In this document: positions 1 to 11,400 of the stretch, one piece after another
Position numbering within the stretch: position 1 is the first letter of the stretch
Layout of the letters: every line of letters starts with the position of its first letter
From: a virus
Strand: one strand, 5' to 3'
Length of the DNA stretch: 64,000 bases
Virus record (IMG/VR): IMGVR_UViG_3300003323_000567
Coordinates: 1-64,000 of that record
Position numbers and translations under genes: made by a program
Notes under the pieces: generated by a model
What the model was told of the DNA's origin: nothing
The model's input: only the letters and a program-made list of their open reading frames with translations
Database searches by the model: none

Positions 1-3
1 ATC

Positions 4-3000
4 ATGACCTTTCTTGAGGGAGCTTATCATAACATCAAGAACAGTGAAATTTTGAGGATCGCCAGAGACCCAAAAGCAAATGATCTTGAATTTGCTGAAC
101 TGAAAGCAGAAAATGGTCAAGTGACAGTGGTTAACAGATGGAAAAATTACAATCACTATCTTCTGTCAAACAAAACTCCAGACGGAAAAACCAGAACCAA
201 CGAACCATTAGCAACCAATATTGCTGTCCCTCAGGGGAATGAGAGACCATTAGTCCAGAAATACTCTGAGATATTGAGCTTTGACTTTGATCCATCCAAG
301 TTTGCAAAGACAAAGACCATAGAGCAGCAAACTGCAGAGAGAGTCGAACAAGGAGCAGCGCGTATTACTGATGCTAAGGTGGCTGTAGCAAAAGTTGTAG
401 CAGATGCCAATAAAGTTGGTATGAGTGTGGCTAATCTACTAGAGCTAAGAGAAGCATATCAGGCTGATACAAACCTTTCTAATGAGGAGAAATCCTTATT
501 AATGGGGGCTGTAGATCGTGTAGTAGCTCACATTGAGAAGAATAATGCAGAGCAAGGAGTCAAGGAACAATCACAAGAAGAAGCAAAGCCTGTAAATAGA
601 CTTGAGGCTGTTAGAGGAGCTAAAAATAAGGAAGAATTTATAGAAGCCGCAAAAGACTGGGTAAACATAGACCCATATGATGCTTCCAGCACTCCTATGG
701 AGATAAGAGCAGCCTTAATGACTCCAGGATCCTTTGAGAGAGGTAAGGAATTATTCATTGACTTCTTTAGATCTACTGCAGAAATTGCAGATAAAAATCG
801 TAAGGAGCAAGAGGAAGTGAAACCAATAGCTCCTCCTGAAGTAGTTGCTGCGCAAGAGGCAGCACAGCAAGGGTCGATCCAATTCCTAAATGTAGGAAGT
901 AGAAAATTCGGATTCAGAGTCTTAACAAGAAATGCTGATGGACAAATCACTGATATTGAGCCAGTTGGGATAATAAATGAGGATGAAACTATAACTCCCT
1001 ATGGGAATCCTGAGGGTGTGAAGTTGACTATAATGAATATTATTCGTAAGAGTCAGATCAAGCAGGATGATACTAACTCTGATCAGACCAAGAGTACTGA
1101 GGATAAGTTCAAGGGTAGAAACTTCAGACGCGGGACTGATAGATATAGAAGATATCTACCTGGAGCTGCTAACTATACAAAAGCAGACGTAGATAAGGAA
1201 TTCGCTGAAGTAAGAGAGATGCTTCCCAACTTCTTCACTTTTGAGAAAGTGGATGAGATGCTGAAAACCACAGAGGGAGGACTAGCCTGGGGTGCTCTTC
1301 AGGATAGTATGATCTATATCTATAAGAATGCTGAGGTAGGTACAACCTACCACGAAGCATTTGAAGCTGTGTGGTATCATTTCTTAACAGGAAAAGAGCA
1401 ACAACAAATCTATAATGAATTCATAGGAAGGAAAGGTGAATTCACAACTTATGATGGTCAAAAGAAGAAATACTCTGAAGCCACTGTAAAAGAAGCAAAA
1501 GAGGAACTGGCTGAAGAATTTAGAGAATTCAAGATGACTGAGAAACTTCCAGAGCAGCCAAAGCAAAGGAGCTTCTTCAGAAGGCTATTGGATTTCATAA
1601 AATGGTTGATTGGAATGGAACCATCTGATAGGAACAGGCTATTCAAGAGAATGAATAAAGGGTACTACAGAAGCTTCTCATCTTCCCTTAGGGGGCCTAT
1701 GACTCAGCCGGAATATAGCTACTATAGGGAACCAGGGCTTGAAGGATTTAGTGAAAGAACTATCCAGGACATGCTGCAAGGTATGACTGCTGAGCTCTTT
1801 GGAGAAGTCTTTGGTGAAAACGCCTCAATTATAGACTCCCTGGAAGAGGATTTTCAAACTACAGCTAAGAGTATCTATGACAGGCTAAAAGAGAAGCTAA
1901 CTGACTATTTCGAAGATGAGGTGAAGGATGAGGGAACTCTGTTTGCTGAAACAGGATATGACTGGGAACATGCAGCAAATGATACTGAGGCAGCAGCTAT
2001 TATCAAGCAGATGGAGGATATCAGGGATATATGGAGAAACATCAAGGATAACTGGGGATCTTTTGTAAAAGAACATGAAAGATACTTAAGGATCTTTAAT
2101 GCTGAATTCGTAATAGACGATGAAGGAGAAATAGATCTGGTAGAAGGAGAAGATGAGACTCAGGCAGAAAATAAGAACATGTCTGAGTATGAAAGAGATA
2201 TCATGACAATAGATGCAAAGAGCAATTCTTCTAACAGAATGAAGCTCCTTATAGCCTCTATTGCTGATTCTGAGTGGGTTAGGGATGCTACAAGAGCAGC
2301 TGTTGATGCTGTAAGATCAAAGAGAGAGTCCTCTTCTCTAAGGCTTCCTAAGCTGGTTCAGTACGCAAAGCTATTTAACTACTTGTTACACAACACTGCA
2401 GGTATTAATGGTATTTATGATATATGGGCCAAATTAGCTACTATGACTGAAGATGAGCTTGGAAGAAAGCTTATAGATGCCAATGTAAGGAAGTTCATGG
2501 GTAGATTGAAATTTGATGCTAATGGATTTGAAGGAAAAAGTCAATCTGATGTAAGACTAATTCTGTCTGCAGAGAACACTCTGACGAAGCAGAAGCCTTC
2601 TTTCTTCAGACAGTTCACAGATTACAAAAAAAACACATACTTCAAGACCACTGTTTTAAACTCAAAGATCAATCAAGTTAAATCAGCCTGGATCGGAGGA
2701 ATAAAGGGATCTACTGTTATTACCCCTTCGGCAGAGAATAGATTCATGTTCACAAGGGCAATCCTTGGAATAAGAGACAATGTGGAGTTCCTTAACAGAC
2801 TTGGTATTGATATTAGTAGAGCAGATTTCAGAAGGCTGAGAGGAGCAAATATTGCTAAGTTCAATGATGCTGTAAACAAGATCAGAAGTCTGGTAGAGAG
2901 AGCTGCTCAGGATAGAATCTCTATCCCTATAGTCTCTTCAAGACAGCTTGACTTCAGCTCAAGACTGAATGATCTTGCAGAGCTCTATGTGGTTCAGATG

Positions 3001-6000
3001 GTAGGAGAAGATACTCAATCTCAACACCCTAATCTGGACAACCAGCCAACTTCAAACTTTGTGCTGAACAACTGGGTTTCCACAATGGCTAATGATCTGA
3101 ACAATTCAAAAGATAGAGAAGAGTTCATAAACAGAGAAGATAATGGATATTTCAATGATGTATTCCACCAAGATTCTATAATTTTGAACAGAATTGCTTT
3201 CACTAGAACAGGGGAGAAGGGTCAACGTGTTGAAATAGGAGTAGTGGAAGGAAGAGAAACATGGGATGGAAACAATAAATCAACCTCAACTCTGACAGAG
3301 GCTGAAAGGTTGCTTTATGAGATAAACAATAACTTAAATGGAGTATTTTACACTTTACTACCTGCTGACGCTAAGACAGAGTGGGCTATCTATCTTGGGA
3401 CTTACCTATCTACTGACGGTTTCTTTGGAGATGACTCTTCAAGATCTAATGAGATTACTGCCTTCGGGAACCAGATGTACAAATGGCTAGAAACAGAAGT
3501 AGCTCTGGCCAAAGACTTTGAGAACAGAAAATTCATAGATGCTCTCAATAGAAAGCCCAAAGGGGAAACAAGAGAAGTAGGTAAGTCTTTGAGATTCTTT
3601 AAGGATATCTTCGCTACAATTAACAGAAAAGAGCTTGTGGAGGAGATTAACACGAAGGTAATTGATGGTGAAACTCCTCTGGCAGAAGTAGTGAGTAGAG
3701 AGGATATGAGAGCCTACATGAGAGAATATGCTGAGAAAAAGGCTCAAGATACCTTTGATGAGCTGGTTGACTGGAAGGTTATTCAAGCTAAGTCAAATGG
3801 TGAATTCAAATTATATGGTTTTGATAAAACGATTCTTGATAGCACAATAGGAAAGAAGAATAACCATACAAAAGCTGAGTTAGATAGGTTGCTATTATTC
3901 AGAGAGATGAACTATGTGATGAACAATATTGAGATGCACAAGTTCTTCTTTGGGGATCCTGCTCAATATAAAGATGAGCTAAAGCGTATCAAATCCTTCT
4001 TGTCTGGTAGGGAATATACCCATGTGGACATGTATGGAACTTCTGAAGGGTTCAACCAGTGGGCAAATAGCACTCTTAATAAGGCAGGGGATGTACAGCT
4101 TTCCCTAGGGGATCCTGGATATCAATCACATAAGAATCACTTCAACACAGTGACTTCCTATGACGTTCTATATGAGAGTAACCAGATTGATACAATTGTT
4201 GAAGCCCTAGCTCCTACCAGAGCAAATGGAGAGAAAAATCTGGAAGAGGGTAGAAAGAGAGCTACACCTTATACAGAAGGTAATGAGGATGATGCTGGTG
4301 CATATATGATGGCTCCTGCTTATAGAGAAATGATGTGGAAGGCTGGTGGTAGATTTACTCAGAGACAAGAAAAGCAGTTTCAGTGGGAAATGGCCTGGGA
4401 GAGAGATGACAAGTCTAAAGAGGGTAAATATACCTACAGTTCTGAAGCTTTAAGAAAGCAAGATCAGGAGATCCTGAAGAGGGAGCCAGATACTGAAGTA
4501 GCCTTTCCTATCCTGAAACTGATGCACTCTGGTATCCAAACCAAGGAAGACACAGCTATTGTCTCCCTGGATAAGGCTTCATGGGCACCTCTTTTCTATC
4601 GCTGGTATAAAGGTTCGGCCCTTGGGGATATGTATGATGCGATGCAGAAAAGAGGCATTGATTACGTGAGGATGGAATCTGCTCATAAGGTAGGTATCCA
4701 AAAGCCATCTTCTTTCCAAATGTACAATGAGGAAGGAAAATTGAATGCTGCTGCCTTTGATACAATGGTACCAGAAATGATCCCCATCAAGCAGATCGGA
4801 GTTCAAGTGGAACAAGCCAAGAAGGATAAGGGACAAACAGAGGGTTCTCAGCTCAGAAAGATTGCCATAGGTGATCTTAGAGAGAATGGAGTACCTATTG
4901 ATTTTAGCAGAGGCTACAATACTAAGCAGGCAGCATTTGATGCATGGAATGCTTTGACAGAAGACAGGAAAATAGCTGCTTCTCCTATCTACACAAAAAT
5001 CAAAAGGCATAATGATGCTCTGATCAATCTAACAACCAATAGAACAGTTCTTACAATGAGAAGACTGGGAATGGAGGTTGGAGATGATGGAAGTGTGACA
5101 ATTCCTGATAAGAAGATGATCTCAGATTTTATTCTGGCCGAGTTAGAGAGGAGAGAGCTTCCAAGAAATATAGCTAGTGCTATCCAGATCTCTCCAGAGA
5201 CCAGAGATTTCTCTAATCCAATTGAGGCTAATCCTCAATATGGAAAGATCAGAGCTATTATTTATTCTATCCTGGAAAAGACCATTACCAGACCAAAGGT
5301 AAATGGTGGTCAAAAGACCATGTTGTCAGTTACAGGCATGGAGAAGGCACCAAGGGTGGTGAAAAGAATGCTGAATGGTAAGCCTGTATATACTTCAGAC
5401 ACACTACAGTTCTATACGAGAGGTAAGGATGGAACTCAAGCCTGTGAGGTAATGCTACCATACTGGTTTGGTAAGAAGCTTATGGAAGCTGGATCCAAGA
5501 AGACCAAAGAAGAGGTGCTGAAATACCTAAACAATACTGAAGAAGGTAAGAAACTCCTAAGTGGTATAGGCTTCCGTATCCCTACCCAGGGCCTGAACTC
5601 TGTGGATTTCTTCATTGTTAAGGATTTCCTTCCAGAACAGATGGGGGATGTGGTGGTATTGCCATCAGAAATCACTGCTAAAGCTGGTTCTGACTTTGAC
5701 ATTGACAAGCTTAACCTTTATCTACACAATTACTATATTGACAAGGAAACAGGACTTCCAAAGATTCTGAATTATATGGGGTCTGAAGAAAGTACAAAAG
5801 AGGAAATAAGGAGACTTCTTAGAGGAGGTAACATCACCTCAGGAGCCCTAAGAGCAGAGATAGCTGAGTACATTTCAGAGCAGCTGGAAGAAGCTGATGA
5901 ATCAGAGCTCTTTGATGATCTGAGTATCAGAGACTTCAAGCAAAGAATGGAAGATGATTTCCTGCAGAACAGAGAAAGTAATGCAATTGACCTTCTCTAT

Positions 6001-8409
6001 CAGAAGACCCTTGAGAATGAGTACTTTGACTCTATCCAGGATCTAATAGCTCTTCCAGATAACTATGCAAAGCTGATAGCTCCAAACGATGCCTCTGAGA
6101 TGAAAGGGTACAGAGACAGGATCTTGAAGCTCAAAGCCTCATCTACTCAGCCCCTAGGGGACTATGGAAAGCTGTTAAGCTCTACATTCATGATGAAGGA
6201 GAGACAAGCTTACATGTCATCTAAGCAAGTGGTAGGTATCTCAGCTGTATCTCAGACAGCCCATGCTATAGGTCAAAACCTGGAAGGAGGTTTGGTTATT
6301 GAAGATCCAGACTATATTGCCAGATTCCCACACAATACCATAAATGGCAAAGTATCTTTAAGTGGAATGACCATCCATGGCTCTGATGCTCTGATCTCAA
6401 ATATCAACTCTCAGACAACTGATGGTGGTGTGGATGTGGCTAAGGACAAATTCTTGGCTGAACAAGGTATTAACAAAGATACTCTGTCAACTTTCTTATC
6501 AATAGTTAGACAGGGAGCTGATCCATGGTGGGCAGTAGTTTATCTGAACCAGCCATCTATTCAGGAATTTCTGAAGGAAAAGGCTATTTCTCAGTCTGTA
6601 TCCCAGATAAATCCCAAGGTGAAGAAAGTTTCTGACGCAGCACTGCTGAAGACTGTACACAATAAATTTGGTGGTATTGGGAAGAGAGGAAAGAACATAG
6701 AGAACAAGCCAAGGTATTATTCTCTAAAGGAGACTTCAGAACAGCCTGGAATGGAAAACATGATTGAGAAATATGCTCAGGATCCAGGAAGTCTGACAGC
6801 ACAGGAAAAGAAGATGCAGATGATGATTCTGGATGACTTCTCTCGCTACGATCGTACTAAGGGTAAATATGCAGGATATAGTGCTATGGCATGGGAACTG
6901 TTCCACTTCTACCAAGGATACAACTGGGACACTGCTAGAATAAATGATCCTAACCTGGTGAGAATGAAGGCTTTAAAGTATGAGAAGGCTAATAACCTTG
7001 CTATAACTCAAGCCAGAAAAGTGATGGAAGACACCTTCATTGGTCCAATGATGCAAAGCACATTACAGCTTGATGAGGGTTTGAGATCCATAATAAATGT
7101 ACAGCATGGGGCTGCAGGGCAGGTTTTGGATGCTCTGGTAAGAGATATATTCCAGATGAGAGGAGGAGAAGCCCTGAAACAGCAGATGGCTCTAGCAGCA
7201 GAAATGTCAATGATAGATTTTGCTGTTCAGACACAGGCTATGATAGAAGGGAGACCCTTGAACACTATGATTCAACCATTGATCCTATCAAATAAGGGTA
7301 CAGCTTTCTATGTAGAAGCCATCAAGAAGCACACTTTAAGTGATTCTGCTGATAAAAAGCTGTCAGAAAATCCCTTAATAAGAGCTCTTACAGCAATTCC
7401 AGATAAGAGACCTGGATATCCTTCTCTGGTATTACTACAAGAGAGAGATTATGATACCTATACATCAAACATTCTTACAGACTCCTTCAGGGAACTGAGG
7501 GATGATGAAGGAGTTATGATCTCGATCAATAATAATCCTGAGGACAATAAATCCGTAGCTCAGGTATATAAAAGAATGGTAATAAGTGCCTTACTACAAG
7601 GGGGAGCCAAGTCAGGAAGAGGAGCTTATTCTCATCTAATTCCAAGTGAGACCTACTCTGAAATAGTAAGAGATGCTCTGAAGAACATGAATCTGGAAGG
7701 CTTCTATGATAACCTGGCATTCTACAGAGGAAACTGGATGAATTCCAACCTGGTTCCTAATGCTATCAAGATCATGCCTGCACAGCCAGAAGGAATCATT
7801 GATGAATTACTTGCAGAACCCTATTTCCCATGGTTTAGTAATGATTCTGTTCAAAGAGAGCTCGGTAGACTAATGAATATTCCTGCAGAGGAAGTTCCTC
7901 TAATGCTCGAGCAACCAGCCACAGAATTCAGGAGAGCTAAGGTAATCAAGATGATAGAAGAACCCAGAGGTGAATCAGGAGAGGTTATAAACAGGAGGGT
8001 AAGATTATTTAGGAGAGTAGATGTTTATGGTATGAATGGAATCGTACCTTTACAGTACAAATGGGATACAGTCTTATTTGCTGAGATCAACCCTTGGGGA
8101 GACAGCAATATAAGGGAATACTACAATGGTCAGAACCAGTCAGTTCTTCCAACCAATAATAAGGTCATGGAAGCTAATGATGATCAGATCTTGTTTGCCC
8201 TATTGAAGAATGAGATCTCAACAAATGCTGCGGAAGCTGCTATAGGAGATGTAGTGAACAAGTTCGGAGATGAGCCAGGATCTACAGATGAAGACATGGA
8301 AGATGATGGTAATCCTCCTACCCCTCCAAATCCAAGTGATCTTAGCATGTTTCAGCTAGATAGCTTTGAGGAGTTCAAGAATCAATTACAACGTAAAAAC
8401 TGCAACTAA
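4..8409 (+). CDS. Giant virion-packaged DNA-dependent RNA polymerase (crAss-like, phi14:2 gp66 type); probably 5'-truncated by the window edge
   Basis: 2801 aa. Catalytic motif AGSDFDIDK (DFDID codons 5692-5706) preceded by GFRIPTQ. Zincin-like YHEAFEAV segment in the N-terminal part. The frame is open to the window start. Confidence 0.9.
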   Translation: MTFLEGAYHNIKNSEILRIARDPKANDLEFAELKAENGQVTVVNRWKNYNHYLLSNKTPDGKTRTNEPLATNIAVPQGNERPLVQKYSEILSFDFDPSKFAKTKTIEQQTAERVEQGAARITDAKVAVAKVVADANKVGMSVANLLELREAYQADTNLSNEEKSLLMGAVDRVVAHIEKNNAEQGVKEQSQEEAKPVNRLEAVRGAKNKEEFIEAAKDWVNIDPYDASSTPMEIRAALMTPGSFERGKELFIDFFRSTAEIADKNRKEQEEVKPIAPPEVVAAQEAAQQGSIQFLNVGSRKFGFRVLTRNADGQITDIEPVGIINEDETITPYGNPEGVKLTIMNIIRKSQIKQDDTNSDQTKSTEDKFKGRNFRRGTDRYRRYLPGAANYTKADVDKEFAEVREMLPNFFTFEKVDEMLKTTEGGLAWGALQDSMIYIYKNAEVGTTYHEAFEAVWYHFLTGKEQQQIYNEFIGRKGEFTTYDGQKKKYSEATVKEAKEELAEEFREFKMTEKLPEQPKQRSFFRRLLDFIKWLIGMEPSDRNRLFKRMNKGYYRSFSSSLRGPMTQPEYSYYREPGLEGFSERTIQDMLQGMTAELFGEVFGENASIIDSLEEDFQTTAKSIYDRLKEKLTDYFEDEVKDEGTLFAETGYDWEHAANDTEAAAIIKQMEDIRDIWRNIKDNWGSFVKEHERYLRIFNAEFVIDDEGEIDLVEGEDETQAENKNMSEYERDIMTIDAKSNSSNRMKLLIASIADSEWVRDATRAAVDAVRSKRESSSLRLPKLVQYAKLFNYLLHNTAGINGIYDIWAKLATMTEDELGRKLIDANVRKFMGRLKFDANGFEGKSQSDVRLILSAENTLTKQKPSFFRQFTDYKKNTYFKTTVLNSKINQVKSAWIGGIKGSTVITPSAENRFMFTRAILGIRDNVEFLNRLGIDISRADFRRLRGANIAKFNDAVNKIRSLVERAAQDRISIPIVSSRQLDFSSRLNDLAELYVVQMVGEDTQSQHPNLDNQPTSNFVLNNWVSTMANDLNNSKDREEFINREDNGYFNDVFHQDSIILNRIAFTRTGEKGQRVEIGVVEGRETWDGNNKSTSTLTEAERLLYEINNNLNGVFYTLLPADAKTEWAIYLGTYLSTDGFFGDDSSRSNEITAFGNQMYKWLETEVALAKDFENRKFIDALNRKPKGETREVGKSLRFFKDIFATINRKELVEEINTKVIDGETPLAEVVSREDMRAYMREYAEKKAQDTFDELVDWKVIQAKSNGEFKLYGFDKTILDSTIGKKNNHTKAELDRLLLFREMNYVMNNIEMHKFFFGDPAQYKDELKRIKSFLSGREYTHVDMYGTSEGFNQWANSTLNKAGDVQLSLGDPGYQSHKNHFNTVTSYDVLYESNQIDTIVEALAPTRANGEKNLEEGRKRATPYTEGNEDDAGAYMMAPAYREMMWKAGGRFTQRQEKQFQWEMAWERDDKSKEGKYTYSSEALRKQDQEILKREPDTEVAFPILKLMHSGIQTKEDTAIVSLDKASWAPLFYRWYKGSALGDMYDAMQKRGIDYVRMESAHKVGIQKPSSFQMYNEEGKLNAAAFDTMVPEMIPIKQIGVQVEQAKKDKGQTEGSQLRKIAIGDLRENGVPIDFSRGYNTKQAAFDAWNALTEDRKIAASPIYTKIKRHNDALINLTTNRTVLTMRRLGMEVGDDGSVTIPDKKMISDFILAELERRELPRNIASAIQISPETRDFSNPIEANPQYGKIRAIIYSILEKTITRPKVNGGQKTMLSVTGMEKAPRVVKRMLNGKPVYTSDTLQFYTRGKDGTQACEVMLPYWFGKKLMEAGSKKTKEEVLKYLNNTEEGKKLLSGIGFRIPTQGLNSVDFFIVKDFLPEQMGDVVVLPSEITAKAGSDFDIDKLNLYLHNYYIDKETGLPKILNYMGSEESTKEEIRRLLRGGNITSGALRAEIAEYISEQLEEADESELFDDLSIRDFKQRMEDDFLQNRESNAIDLLYQKTLENEYFDSIQDLIALPDNYAKLIAPNDASEMKGYRDRILKLKASSTQPLGDYGKLLSSTFMMKERQAYMSSKQVVGISAVSQTAHAIGQNLEGGLVIEDPDYIARFPHNTINGKVSLSGMTIHGSDALISNINSQTTDGGVDVAKDKFLAEQGINKDTLSTFLSIVRQGADPWWAVVYLNQPSIQEFLKEKAISQSVSQINPKVKKVSDAALLKTVHNKFGGIGKRGKNIENKPRYYSLKETSEQPGMENMIEKYAQDPGSLTAQEKKMQMMILDDFSRYDRTKGKYAGYSAMAWELFHFYQGYNWDTARINDPNLVRMKALKYEKANNLAITQARKVMEDTFIGPMMQSTLQLDEGLRSIINVQHGAAGQVLDALVRDIFQMRGGEALKQQMALAAEMSMIDFAVQTQAMIEGRPLNTMIQPLILSNKGTAFYVEAIKKHTLSDSADKKLSENPLIRALTAIPDKRPGYPSLVLLQERDYDTYTSNILTDSFRELRDDEGVMISINNNPEDNKSVAQVYKRMVISALLQGGAKSGRGAYSHLIPSETYSEIVRDALKNMNLEGFYDNLAFYRGNWMNSNLVPNAIKIMPAQPEGIIDELLAEPYFPWFSNDSVQRELGRLMNIPAEEVPLMLEQPATEFRRAKVIKMIEEPRGESGEVINRRVRLFRRVDVYGMNGIVPLQYKWDTVLFAEINPWGDSNIREYYNGQNQSVLPTNNKVMEANDDQILFALLKNEISTNAAEAAIGDVVNKFGDEPGSTDEDMEDDGNPPTPPNPSDLSMFQLDSFEEFKNQLQRKNCN

Positions 8410-11400
8410 TGGCATGTGAATACCTATACAAAGGTAAATGGTACACAGAAGATGAACTCAGAGAACTATACTCCCAAAGAGGTGTGACCTCTAGGGAGAT
8501 GGTTTTCCTGAGACATGGAATTACTGATGAAGACAACGAGGGAAAGAATAGCGGACAGAATAATGAGTCTATCAATCAGGAAGGCTACAAGGAAACCAAA
8601 GAATCTCTCGAGAGAGATCTTAAAGGAGAAGGGATAGAGGTGGTTTATACCTCCCCTACGAAAAGAGCCAAACAAACCTCTCAGATCATTAGTAAAGATC
8701 TGAACATTCCTATAATTGAAGTCAAGGGGTTAGAAGCCTGGGACATTGGAAAGTTCTCTAGTCGCCCCGAGGGGGATTTTGATGAGAGATACTATGTAAA
8801 TAACCCTGATGTCAAAGTTCCCGGAGGGGAATCATTTAACCAATTCAAGAACAGGCTGTTAGATGCAATGGACCAAATCCAGCATTCTGCTCAGAAGCCT
8901 GCTATTCTTACTCATTCCAAGTCCCTTAAAGTCATAGAAGCTCTTCAGAAGACAGGAGGAGTATGGAACAAGGAAGCTATAAATGATTATTTTAGCGAGT
9001 CAGATCAACCCAATAATCAGACAAGGAAAATGGATTATCATAGCTCAGATGATCCAACAAGAAGAAGTGTTAATCCTTCCAAGGCTTCTGCAGCTACCAT
9101 GAAACTTATCAAGGAATTTCTTGATAGAATAGGTGTTGAGGTTCAATCACTTGCAAAAATCACGTATAATGGGCAATCCCTTGGGGTTAATGGTTTGGCT
9201 GATCCTCTTAATGGTCTTATTCAGGTTACTCAGGGAAAAGAAGATATAGCTCTTCCAGAAGAAGCTATGCACATGGCTGTGGAGATCCTTGAGCAGAAGA
9301 ACCCTAAGTTATTCAAAGAGATGATGGACAGGGTAGGAAGATATAATCTGACTGATCAAGTATTCCTGGAATATCAGAACAATCCCTTCTATCAGAAAGA
9401 TGGTAAGCCTGACATAAATAAGATCAAAAAAGAAGCCATTGGTAAGATTCTAGCACAAACAGTTATTGATAAGAACCAAGGTGCTCAGGAAAAACCAGAA
9501 CTCTTGAACCAGACAAGGAATTGGTGGCAGAGAATCATTGACTTTCTGAAAGACTTGTTCTTAAGGGCAGGAATGAATCCATTTGAGCAAGTAGCTCAAA
9601 AGGTTATTGAAGGTAAAGATTTTGGAAATGCAAGTGAGTTGACAGGGGCTCCTTTTGCTTCAAGAAACCCAGCTGCCCTCAATGCTACTCTTAAGCTAGT
9701 ATCTTCCCTGAGGGATCCTAGGGCAGAGAAATGGTTTAAAGAGCTGAATAAGGAGATCTTCCTTAAAAAGTTGCAGCAAGATTTACAAGCTCCTAAGGCT
9801 CAAGTAGATATGCTGAAGAAGCTAATTCAGGGAAGAAGCTATGATAACATAGGAGATCTCATTGCTGATGTATTAGCTGAGCTTTCTTATACTGTAGAGA
9901 TAAATACTACATATGATAGACATCATGATGTATATAATGACATGGATGACTATCATATAGATGTGCAGGACGATCCAAACACTCCTCGTCCTGAATTCAC
10001 CTATAGTGTGATAGACAGCAATGGTAAGACAGTATTTAATACCAATGATGAAAAAGAGGCAAAACAAAAAGTTGAAGAATTAAAAAAGCAAGGAGGAACT
10101 CCATCTTCCCACTATTCTAATTTAACAGTCCCAGGAGGGGTAAATTACAGAGAAAATGAGATAAAGACTCCTGATATCACTCCTTCTATAAAAGGTCATG
10201 CTGCTTTTGCTTCAGATAAAGGTATTGGTTGGTTTAGAAGTGACGATAAGAGAACTGATGATAACTCTGGAAAGAGGGTTTCAGACGGAGCTGGAGGTTT
10301 AGTTCAGCTTGGTCAAGTAACTGATAGAAACACAAGACGTATCCTTGAATTACAATCTGATCTATTTCAGAAAGGTAGACAACTGGATCAGCTAGTTTCA
10401 AATCCAGTAAACTTCCCTTTTGAATTTGAAGGGCATACATATACTGAGGAATCAGATGGACACAGTGATACATATTTCAAAGATGGAAAAAGAATATCAG
10501 ATGAAGAAATTCTAGGGGTAAAGACGAGATTCTGGAATTCTCACAGGGAAGATTTCAACAATCAATTCCTCCAGCTTTTAAACAAAGAGAATAACTGGGT
10601 AACCTTCTTTGTAAAAGCTATTGTCCAGGATAGCGCTAAAAAAGGATATAAGAATATCAGATTCCCTGGGGGAGATACTGCTGCAAAAGTAGAAGGGCAC
10701 GAAACTGTAGATGAATTCATAAAACAGAAGGAAGAAGCTATATCCAGGATTGAAGAGCAAATTTCTGACATGCAGAAAGAACTTGAAGACCTGGATGAAG
10801 AAAAGGGCCATGAGGATAGATATGCCTCTTACTATAAGAGAGATGGAAAATACTACCGTGCTGAGCTAGGTGTTGAAAAGGAAATAAGTAGAAGTCAGTA
10901 CACCAGTACATTTGACAACCAAAGGAGATATATTAAAGATATTATCTCAAGTCGGGAAAGAGAGATGAGCCGATTCAAAAAGGAAGTAGAAGATGCAAGG
11001 GAGGGTAGGAGCACTTTTGCAGCGATCTCCAGATTCTATGAAGATACAGTTCAAAACATCCTTAAGAAACAAGGATATTCTCCTAAGGAAGTGATTGATG
11101 AGTATGGAAATAAGTGGTTCGAGATCTCCATAAATGAAAAGAGGGATCTTGGAGACTTCTATTTTCAACTGTCCGGCCCTCAGGATCTTACAGAAAAGAT
11201 CATTCAAAAGAATAATAACATCACAAAAAGAGGTGATGAATTTGAGATTAATGGAAATAAGATAAGAAGGAGTGTTCAGGAACAGATACAGGAATTCTAT
11301 AGGAAGAGAATAGGCGCAGAGAGGGCTGATAAAGCTCTTAGGGGGTTTAAGCAGGAGACGGAAAACAAGGTTCAGATAGATATTAAAGACATTCTTAATA